Shown here in pieces: positions 1-9,813 of a DNA stretch of 35,136 nucleotides. A program made the position numbers and the translations under genes. Origin of the DNA: Octopus bimaculoides. Lineage: Eukaryota. Within the stretch, counting starts at the first letter, position 1; each line of letters starts with the position of its first letter. The DNA lies in the NCBI RefSeq assembly GCF_001194135.2, contig NC_068982.1, positions 157,458,400 to 157,493,535 on the forward strand. The letters are read 5' to 3'. The notes under the pieces are model-generated. The model made no database searches, had not been told where the DNA came from, and saw only the letters and a program-made list of their open reading frames with translations.

Positions 1-47
<47 letters not shown>

Positions 48-62
48 GTATGTAGGTATGTA
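1..62. repeat. (TA)n/(TATG)n microsatellite
   Basis: Direct reading of the sequence. Confidence 0.95.
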
Positions 63-819
63 TGAATGAAGAGTGTCTGTGAGTGTGAACTTTTCTGTTG
101 CCATGCTTATTTAAACACTTCTGTTATTCATTTATTATTTGTCTATCATCACCATTGTTGTTGTTGTTATTATTTTAGTGTCTCTAGTATCATTATTATA
201 TAATGAAGTCATGAACAATAATTAATGTCACCAACCTTCACTAATAAAATAATATCATTGTAACAATACCCATTATAGACAATCAAATGCATGTATGTAT
301 GTATATTAAGATATCGTGGCAATATATTGTAGCTGCAGTACTACGTGATGTGCAAACAAATGTTCACTAATTATTTTTCTAGAATGCTATTGGGAAATTG
401 AATATAAACATGACAACAAAAATAATTTATATACTTATACAATGAGAAACTTATTTTCACGATTTTCGTTTTTGCCTTCTTTTCTTTTTACCTTTTCACT
501 CCATCTTAGGAACTGTCATCAGTGATATTTTTTCAAATCTCAACAAACACATATTTTCTATAAATTTTATTTTTTTATTTTGTCTTTATCTATATTTATC
601 TGATGAATGTGGGTACTTATCTTCAATTCGGAGCACCACATCCAGCTTTAATAAAATTCATGTCACTATTAACTGTTATTTTTCTGTTGACAAAATTTAA
701 CATATTTTGTAAATATTAAGATCCCAAATCGAGTGTGTGTTGCTCCATTACCACACCCTATGACAGGACACCTTTATATATATATTTGAAAGTCGCATCG
801 TTTTTTTTTCTTTGTTAAA

Positions 820-867
820 CTTACCTGAAGATGCTATGCAACCACGGATGAAACTCAGAGTAGTAAG
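820..867 (+). ncRNA. Candidate minimal type-I hammerhead ribozyme (Penelope/retrozyme-like)
   Basis: Stem I CTTAC(820-824)/GTAAG(863-867) is a perfect 5 bp. Core CTGAAGA at 825-831 and GAAA at 850-853. Stem III ACTC-A-GAGT (853-861) is self-complementary and followed by a GTA cleavage triplet (A862). Stem II is imperfect: CTATG/CACGG with a CAAC loop. Confidence 0.5.
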
Positions 868-932
868 AGACTGACTCGAACGACATATATTAGTAATCTC
901 TACTATAGTAATACCTGTGAGATGACAGCACA

Positions 933-1278
933 ATGTTGGAAATTTTCTAGCATTAAATGCCTGTTGTTTTCTTCAGCCCGCTTGTATATTGTATTGAGGT
1001 CCCGCTGTAAGCTTGCAATACTGCTTAGGTTCTTTATTGCGAGTGATAATTCTGTATCAACGGTTTAACTAGTAACAATGTCTGTCTGAGTGGCCATGGA
1101 AGTGTCTAAGAGAGTTATTGTAAACAGTAATGGACCCAAGACAGTTCCCTATCTTTTAGGAAGTCATACAAGTATGCCATTTTGCTACCTATACCAAAGT
1201 CTTGCAGTTTGTGACATATCATGCCATGATCGATCTTACCAAAAGCCTTTGCGAAGTCAAGATATCTCACTCTGACAT
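933..1278 (-). pseudogene. Degenerate LINE reverse transcriptase fragment (CR1/L2-group)
   Basis: Minus-strand translation gives YLDFAKAFGKIDHGMICHKLQDFGIGSKMAYLYDFLKDR, then after an internal deletion/frameshift GTVLGPLLFTITLLD...TS*TVDTE (decayed YADDTK at 1056-1067) ...SLQRDLNTIYKRAEENN...ENFQ. These are characteristic non-LTR RT motifs. Confidence 0.85.
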
Positions 1279-1336
1279 CAGAATAGTTAAGCATATATAT
1301 GTGTGTGTTTGTTTGAAATCGCCGAGTAATAATACC

Positions 1337-1468
1337 GGATAGTATTGCTTATATGTCAACAGTATGTGACAGTCTTATAAAGGACACTGTTACTGTGGTA
1401 TTAGTCCCAGGAAAACATCGTCCTTTATAGAACTGCCACGTTCTGTTGGCATATAAACATTACTATGC
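1337..1468. mobile_element. Palindromic hairpin element / putative MITE
   Basis: Arms 1346-1385 and 1420-1459 are reverse complements at 33/40 positions and extend loosely to about 49 bp. The spacer is 34 nt. Confidence 0.55.
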
Positions 1469-1915
1469 ATACATTTATATAGGTTAATAGAGTTAGAGGT
1501 TGGAATAACCGTCTAAAGGATAAAAATGTCCGTTTTACTACCGTTATAATTACCTATGCTAACCCTGGGCATACATATGCAAGCATATTCTGCTCATAAG
1601 ATACGGGCAATGACAAAGATAAACATGAGTTTATCAGGAATCAAATTTAAAGTAAACAGAAAATGGAGTAGTATTATTACTTTTTAACGTTATGGCACTA
1701 TCGCTCCCACTTTTTCCAGGACTATTGGCGTATCCCGTTATGATAAATTTTTTATTTTACTTTTCTACTATTTATGCACCCTATTACCCCTAAAGAAAAA
1801 ATAATCCACCAATTTATATTTTTAGTTTAGTCATTTGCTCAGCATTCTCAAGCGTCACATATGCAAAATATTAGGATTTAGATGTATTAAGCCTTTCTTT
1901 TTCCTCTCGAGGTTC

Positions 1916-1964
1916 TTTTCTTTTCTTTTCTTTTCTTTTCTTTTCTTTTCTTTTCTTTTCTTTT
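1916..1964. repeat. (TTTTC)n pentanucleotide repeat
   Basis: Direct reading. Confidence 0.95.
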
Positions 1965-1976
1965 ATGTATTTTTCT

Positions 1977-2097
1977 TCACTCTGACGAAGCTCCATGTTC
2001 CAGATCGGATGTGTTACAAAATATGTCGAATATTATTCTCAGAGGTTTCTATGGCAAAACCGTGGAACATTGGAAGCAGAAACGGCTGTTAGATGGG
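1977..2097 (+). ncRNA. Candidate type-I hammerhead ribozyme with extended stem II
   Basis: CTGACGA at 1982-1988. Stem II GCTCCATGTTCCA(1990-2002) pairs with TGGAACATTGGAAGC(2063-2077): 13 bp, two 1-nt bulges, 60-nt loop. GAAA at 2079-2082, then AC-GGCT-GT and T2090 (GUU triplet). Stem I CACT/AG(A)TG is imperfect. Confidence 0.45.
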
Positions 2098-2211
2098 ATA
2101 AAGTCTTTATATTAAAAAGTAAGAATCGATGTTAATCAATTGTTGTTGATCAATATTTCTCCATTTTCTGTTTACTTTATATATACGTGTGTGTATGTAT
2201 GTGTGTATTAT

Positions 2212-2411
2212 TTTATGTTTTATTCTTTTACTTGTTTCAGTCATTTGAGAGCGGTTGTGGTAGAGCATCGCCTTTAGTCTAACAAATCGACCCCGAATAT
2301 TATTCTTTGTAAGCATAGTACTTTATCGGATAACATTGGCCGAACCGCTAAGTTACAGGGATGTAAACACAACAACATCAGCCGTCAAGCGATGCCGGGG
2401 GGACAAGTACA

Positions 2412-2478
<67 letters not shown>

Positions 2479-2637
2479 GTACGACTGGTCTCTTTCAATT
2501 TCCGTCTGCCAACTCCACTCACAAAAATTTGGTCGGTCGGAAGCTATAGTAGAAGACACTTGCTCAAGGTGCCATGCAGTGGGACTGAACTCAGAACCAT
2601 GCGGTTGGAAAGCAAGCTTCTTACCATATAGTCACGC
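2212..2637 (-). mobile_element. tRNA-derived SINE (family C) with internal (TA)n(TG)n microsatellite and 3' tail
   Basis: Minus strand: A-box-like TATGGTAAGAAG (2618-2629), B-box-like GAGTTCAGTCCC (2581-2592), core-like CACCTTGAGCAAGTGTCTT (2553-2571), microsatellite 2413-2478, then a roughly 200-bp tail ending GACTGAAACAAGTAAAAGAATA. The tail recurs at 5861, 16470 and 33088. Confidence 0.8.
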
Positions 2638-3256
2638 ATACATACATTTTATACTTTGATGTTCACGACATCTAAATTATTTTGTGTGAATATTATATAA
2701 TATTAACGTTTTTCCTAATGCAGGGGAGTGATGTCAATAACTATGTTATAGACATATGATAATTTATATCACCCAAGCATGTAGAAATCAATGAAAAGAA
2801 ATCAGCGTTTTCCATGTGTAATTCATGGTAGTAAATTACTAGCATTTCTGTTTGTCATAGCCAACAACAGGAATGAAGTGAGCACGTGAGACATGTATAG
2901 AAACCTGTAATAAACAATGCTATGTTTCAGAAACTGCGTGAAGATAGGACAAATTCAGAAGGATATGTCATATAACGTATAACATTTGTATTACCCTCAT
3001 TTATTGAGTGCTGTTGTATATTTGGATGCTGAAATTGTAAATCAAATTTTGTGATATATATTTGAAATAGTCTTCGATAATATGATATGGCATCGGACTG
3101 TTCAAAAGCAGATAGAAACTGTAAATAGTATTGTTAGGGTTTGCTATCACTGTCTGTCTGTTTTTTTACTAACTATGTACATACACACACGCACGGGCGC
3201 ACAAACTCACGCTTACACACACGCACACATGAGAAAACACACACATACTCACACGC

Positions 3257-3257
<1 letters not shown>

Positions 3258-3299
<42 letters not shown>

Positions 3300-4102
3300 N
3301 NNNNNNNNNNNNNNNNNNNNNNNNNNNNNNNNNNNNNNNNNNNNNNNNNNNNNNNNNNNNNNNNNNNNNNNNNNNNNNNNNNNNNNNNNNNNNNNNNNNN
3401 NNNNNNNNNNNNNNNNNNNNNNNNNNNNNNNNNNNNNNNNNNNNNNNNNNNNNNNNNNNNNNNNNNNNNNNNNNNNNNNNNNNNNNNNNNNNNNNNNNNN
3501 NNNNNNNNNNNNNNNNNNNNNNNNNNNNNNNNNNNNNNNNNNNNNNNNNNNNNNNNNNNNNNNNNNNNNNNNNNNNNNNNNNNNNNNNNNNNNNNNNNNN
3601 NNNNNNNNNNNNNNNNNNNNNNNNNNNNNNNNNNNNNNNNNNNNNNNNNNNNNNNNNNNNNNNNNNNNNNNNNNNNNNNNNNNNNNNNNNNNNNNNNNNN
3701 NNNNNNNNNNNNNNNNNNNNNNNNNNNNNNNNNNNNNNNNNNNNNNNNNNNNNNNNNNNNNNNNNNNNNNNNNNNNNNNNNNNNNNNNNNNNNNNNNNNN
3801 NNNNNNNNNNNNNNNNNNNNNNNNNNNNNNNNNNNNNNNNNNNNNNNNNNNNNNNNNNNNNNNNNNNNNNNNNNNNNNNNNNNNNNNNNNNNNNNNNNNN
3901 NNNNNNNNNNNNNNNNNNNNNNNNNNNNNNNNNNNNNNNNNNNNNNNNNNNNNNNNNNNNNNNNNNNNNNNNNNNNNNNNNNNNNNNNNNNNNNNNNNNN
4001 NNNNNNNNNNNNNNNNNNNNNNNNNNNNNNNNNNNNNNNNNNNNNNNNNNNNNNNNNNNNNNNNNNNNNNNNNNNNNNNNNNNNNNNNNNNNNNNNNNNN
4101 NN

Positions 4103-4152
<50 letters not shown>
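3258..4152. other. (TA)n tracts flanking an assembly gap (N 3300-4101)
   Basis: N-run. Other gaps: 5194-5203, 5903-6226, 18682-18691, 20863-21244, 22006-22208, 29989-30161, 30715-30724, 31090-31301, 33446-34172. Confidence 0.99.
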
Positions 4153-4165
<13 letters not shown>

Positions 4166-4195
4166 ATATATGCTTGTATATATGTACGTGCTATA

Positions 4196-4537
4196 TGCTA
4201 GGTATGTTCAAAACATATCCGACCTTTGGGCTCAAACAAAGACAAAAAATTCAAAAAAACAATCTGTACATTTCACAAATTTTATTTCATCGCCTTCAAA
4301 TTATTCCCCTTTGCAGTTCACACACATCTCCCAGCTGTTCTGCCCCTTGCTGGTAATAACTCAGGAATCCTTTGGAGCTCCGCCGCCGATTTGCTCATAA
4401 TTTCCTCTCGATACTTAAATCAGTTTCCTTTGAGCGGGGTTTTCAGTTTGAGAAACAGCCGAACGGTACCAAACCAGAGGAGAGTAGGGAGCGTATCGAA
4501 CGATTGGTGTATTGTTTTTGACCAGGAAAGCTTGGAT
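4196..4537 (-). mobile_element. Mariner 3'-end relic (transposase C-terminus plus TIR-like end)
   Basis: Minus strand: IQAFLVKNNTPIVRYAPYSP / LFLKLKTPLKGN...EEIMSKSAAELQRIP / ...WEMCVNCKGE*FEGD (YSPDL and YFEG mariner motifs, frameshifted). TIR-like AGGTATGTTCAAAACATATC at about 4200-4219. Confidence 0.8.
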
Positions 4538-4539
4538 TA

Positions 4540-5134
4540 CGAGGTGCGTTCAAAAGTATCACACTTCCTATTTTCGCCGACACTCTCGGCATGCACAAAT
4601 CCTCCATTAAAATGGAAAGCACTGATCTCGTACTTATTTCCACTTCATGAATAATTTCCAGGATTGTTACACGACAGTGTTTCATGACTATTTGCCGAAC
4701 CTTCTCAATCGGTTCCATGTTTTAGTTTGTGGATGTCCTGCCTTAGTGTGTGTGTCTCTCTTTCTCCACCGAAATGCAACCATCTTTGAAGCGTTTGTAT
4801 CACACTTTGATCTCAGTTATGCCAATGGTATCATCAGCAAAGGACTATTGAATTTTCTGGATGGTTTGAGCTTGGTTAGCACTTAAATTTTGGCAAATCT
4901 TAATGTAATGTCTCTGCTCGGTGCGTTTTGACATTTTGCGTGAATCAAAAATCCGGCGAGCGCGGACTACACGTTTGTACTCTAAGCATAAGCGCCGGTA
5001 ACTCAAGCAGTCTACCGGCTAATATTCTAATATACGCAGAAACTGGGGCGTCACCTCCTATCAAAGATTTTACCCACACAACATTAGGTTTGGAGGTTAA
5101 AAAATAGGGTTTAATACATTTCGAGCACACCTCC
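4540..5134 (-). mobile_element. Internally deleted mariner with both TIRs and TA target sites
   Basis: TIRs TA-CGAGGTGCGTTCAAAAGTATCACACTTCCTATTTT (4538-4574) and reverse complement TA-GGAGGTGTGCTCGAAATGTATTAAACCCTATTTT (5136-5101). In-frame N-terminus from ATG 4934: MSKRTEQRHYIKICQNL...V*YKRFKDGCISVE...GRTST...IEKVRQIVMKHCRVTILEIIHEVEISTRSVLSILMEDLCMPRVSAK, with stops and no catalytic domain. Confidence 0.85.
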
Positions 5135-5664
5135 TATAAACCTATAAACATGTATATATATATAGATGCATTTCTAGGTATATACATACATACNNNNNNN
5201 NNNATGTGTGTAATATGTATATATATGTATGTATATGTATGTATATATGTGATATATATGTATTATGTGTGTATATATATATATACATATATATACATAC
5301 ACACACAAAATATGGGGGTTTCGTTCACAGGTGATCTAAACGACTAGGTACGCTGGGTAAGTGCTTTAGCGGATTACTAAGGCTCTAGAGTCATAACTGA
5401 GACAGGAATTATGGAACAGTGTACATTTCGGATAAACCGCATATATATAATTGTTAAAGAGGATATCCCAGAAACAGCAGTAAGACTTTGTAGTTTTCCT
5501 ATAATAATAACTTATATGACTTGAGACGTTTGTTTTGCCTTAACATTTGTAGTCTTCTTTTATAATTATATATATATATATAGTTATGTTATATTCTCTT
5601 AAGAACGTAGTAGAGTGCAGTATAAAGCTCGTCCACCTTCAGATGTGACCCTGTGCTATTTCGT

Positions 5665-5692
5665 AGTAGTAGTAGTAGTAGTAGTAGTAGTA
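5665..5692. repeat. (GTA)n microsatellite
   Basis: Direct reading. Confidence 0.95.
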
Positions 5693-5860
5693 TACGTACT
5701 TCCAGATTTGCGTTTGGGTTTCTGTAGTGTGTGAATATATAATTGACAAAGCTGGAGTCAACAAGGAATACGGTTGGATATTTATTTGCAAATAAATGTC
5801 AAATCGTACTCCTTTTTGTTGACTCCAACTTTTTCAATTCTATTCAGAAAAAAAAAAAAA

Positions 5861-5902
5861 TTACTTGTTTCACTCACTTGACTGCAGCCATGCGAGAGCA
5901 CC
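5861..5902 (-). mobile_element. SINE family C 3' tail fragment, truncated by gap
   Basis: TTACTTGTTTCACTCACTTGACTGCAGCCATGCGAGAGCACC matches 2228-2270 and 33105-33146. Confidence 0.7.
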
Positions 5903-6411
5903 NNNNNNNNNNNNNNNNNNNNNNNNNNNNNNNNNNNNNNNNNNNNNNNNNNNNNNNNNNNNNNNNNNNNNNNNNNNNNNNNNNNNNNNNNNNNNNNNNN
6001 NNNNNNNNNNNNNNNNNNNNNNNNNNNNNNNNNNNNNNNNNNNNNNNNNNNNNNNNNNNNNNNNNNNNNNNNNNNNNNNNNNNNNNNNNNNNNNNNNNNN
6101 NNNNNNNNNNNNNNNNNNNNNNNNNNNNNNNNNNNNNNNNNNNNNNNNNNNNNNNNNNNNNNNNNNNNNNNNNNNNNNNNNNNNNNNNNNNNNNNNNNNN
6201 NNNNNNNNNNNNNNNNNNNNNNNNNNGATATTCCTAGGACATTGCTCGTTATCTTATTTTATTTAACATCTACACGCTCATACATGACCTGCCTTTCACT
6301 CCACACTCATGCTATTATTGAACCGGGAGCTTAACAGTGGTCTTTCCGTAGCACTTACGTAGCCTTACCCTGCCATTTGGATCTTCAGAATACCAAAACA
6401 TCTCATATATG

Positions 6412-6417
<6 letters not shown>

Positions 6418-6451
<34 letters not shown>

Positions 6452-6480
6452 TGTGTGTGTGTGTGTAAGTGTGTGTGTGT
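6418..6480. repeat. (TG)n microsatellite
   Basis: Direct reading. Confidence 0.95.
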
Positions 6481-6671
6481 TTTGCATTTACACATATATG
6501 TGTAATTTATATACGGTAATTATTCCACAACAATCAACAAACAAATGAATGTACATACAACAGCAACAGCAGGTAAACCTATATTAGATTGACGTAGATG
6601 GAAGATCAAGAGACTCAGAACGCAAAAGATAAAGATACAGAGAATGTATTAGAGAGACAGAAAGGGGCAGT

Positions 6672-6673
<2 letters not shown>

Positions 6674-6743
<70 letters not shown>

Positions 6744-6752
6744 GAGAGAGAG
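6674..6752. repeat. (GA)n microsatellite
   Basis: Direct reading. Confidence 0.95.
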
Positions 6753-7539
6753 CGTGGGAGAAAGTTAGTGAGTAGAAAAGTTGGCGGGTAGGAGAGGTAG
6801 CGAGAGAAAAGAGAAAAAGAATTGATTTCTACGTTGTAATTCGGCAAATAGAGAATCTATCTTGTTTGCTGTAGCAAACACATAACTAGATAAAGCAAAT
6901 CATGAAAATGAATCAAATAGTCATCGAATAGAAAAGCTGAACTTAACTGAAACAAACAGTAGATGAGTTATAAGAGGTGGAGGTTTGAGAAATCGGGAAT
7001 GGAAGAATAAAAGGAAGAAAGAGAGAAACAGAGAAAGAGAAAGAAAGAGAGAGAGGGAGAGAACAGTCGTGCGAAAAAGGGAGGTGGAAAAGGAAAAAAA
7101 AAGAAAAGAATGAAATAAATGAAGAAAATTACGAAGAAATGAGAAGGTGTGTAAGACGTAACTGTGATGAAATGAAATCCGTTAATCTTGGCGTTTATAC
7201 GATGCCTTTCCATTGCTAATGTAATGCCAATTATTCAGATTGCAATCTGGATGCATGTTGGCTGGCTGTGTTAGACAAACACAGGAGAAAATAGAAATGG
7301 AAGAAGTGAGTGAGAGAGAGAGAGGGGGAGGGGAAGGGGAGTGATGGGAGGGAGAGAGATACATAAACAGTAAGCAAGCACTAAAATTTAAAAGTTTTGA
7401 TGCAAGTGGAAGTTGGCATGCAGCCGTTGGTAGCCAAGCAAGTAGGAAGCGAAACATTCTAACAGCAAATGACAACAAGTACAATAACAAAACAAGGGTC
7501 TCTGTCGCTCTCTCTATCCTCCACCTGTCCCTCTCTGCA

Positions 7540-7574
<35 letters not shown>

Positions 7575-7989
7575 TATGTGTGTATGTGTATATATATATA
7601 TAAATAGTTTCAAGAAATAAGAGCAATAACAACATCGAAAACAACAACGGTAAATTGTGTGGAATTTGGAGTAACCAGAGTAGATTGAGGAGAGGAAAGA
7701 CTGAAGTGTGTGTGTGTGTGTGTCTGTGTGTGTGTGTGTGTGTGTTGTGGTGGTGGTGGTGGGGAAGGCGGAGCCTATGGAAGACGCCATTGGTTTCTAC
7801 TTTAAGTGTTGTAATGGTAGAGTGAGTTAGTGACTCAGTATCTATTGGGTATATGTGCCTAGATGGATATATGTGGTTAGACAGATGAATAGGAATATAG
7901 ATAAACAGATGCATAGATGGTTAGATAGATATACGGATACATAGATGGTTAGATAGTATATATATATACATAAATTCATATATACATGT

Positions 7990-8890
<901 letters not shown>

Positions 8891-9059
8891 GGGGAGATAG
8901 GGAGACTGTAAGAGTGAAAGAGTTAGGGAGTGAGTGAGAGAAAGATTTGATAGACAAAAATATTTGGTTTGAGCTGGGTAGCTGAATAAAAAAAAAAAAA
9001 CATTCAAGAATCAATGTTGCTAACTGAAACTCATTTTACCGTTTTGCTGTCTTTCCCAG

Positions 9060-9099
9060 ACCTCATTACCGTGTGTCAGTCTCGCTTAGGCAGAATAGA
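9060..9099 (+). other. Candidate 40-nt spliced exon of an unidentified host transcript
   Basis: Branch-point-like CTAAC (9020-9024), pyrimidine tract TTTTGCTGTCTTTCCCAG ending at 9059, and a GTGAGA donor-like site at 9100. No homology recognised. Confidence 0.2.
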
Positions 9100-9269
9100 G
9101 TGAGAGTAATAGACGTGTAATGATGTTTTCGTGTACTTTTAAAATTACATTTAACTGAAAACAGACTTGCCAATAGATATTAGCGACGTAAAATATGCAA
9201 TGTAGGAATCAAATTGTTTAAAAGCACTGCAAGCAACGGTAGACATCTTGTCGAGTTGTATGGCGACGG

Positions 9270-9781
9270 TTGTTGTGCGTCAGTGGTGGTGGTGGTGGTG
9301 GTGGTGGTGGTGGTGGTACTGGCCAACGTTGGTGCTGGTGCTGATGCTGATGCTGATGTTAATGCTCCTGGTAGTGGCGGTGGCGGCGGCGGTGACAGTT
9401 GAGGTAGTGATGTTGTTTGTAATGGTGTATGTGTGTGTGTGTGCGTGCGTGCGCGTGTGTTTGTGTCCAGTGGCAGTTGTGTTGGTGTGACGATATGGTG
9501 ATGATGGCTGCGTTGGTCGTTAACGTGTTAGTGATTGTGGTGAGTGCGCGCGTGTGTGTGTGTGTGTTGTGTTAGTTATGCTAGGGGTGGTGGTTGTGGT
9601 GTTGACGGTAATGTTGGTTGTGCTCGTGGCACTGGTTGCAATGGTGTCTGCATGTGTAAGGATGATAGTTGTGGCGATAATGGCGATGATGATGATAATG
9701 ATTACAGTGATGGTGGGGGGGGTGTTGGCGGTTTGTGTGGTAGTTGTGTTGGTAACAGTGATTGTTCTATTATTGTTGTTG

Positions 9782-9813
<32 letters not shown>

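Noticed and set aside
600-645. CTGATGA followed by an ATGTGG/CCACAT stem
   Set aside because: No GAAA after the stem and no stem I/III, so not a hammerhead.
818-831. Perfect minus-strand splice donor CAG/GTAAGT
   Set aside because: No convincing upstream exon or acceptor; the upstream sequence is LINE relic. It overlaps the hammerhead-like motif and remains an alternative reading only if RNA-seq shows splicing.
3082-4400. Long ORFs of 300-440 aa here and at 20637-21427, 33373-34753 and similar
   Set aside because: They stay open only because they run through N gaps and dinucleotide repeats.
5625-5720. Minus-strand GAAA...GTC...CTGAAGG arrangement resembling a permuted ribozyme
   Set aside because: The core is CTGAAGG rather than CTGANGA and the stems do not form; more likely a fragment of an interspersed repeat interrupted by (GTA)n.
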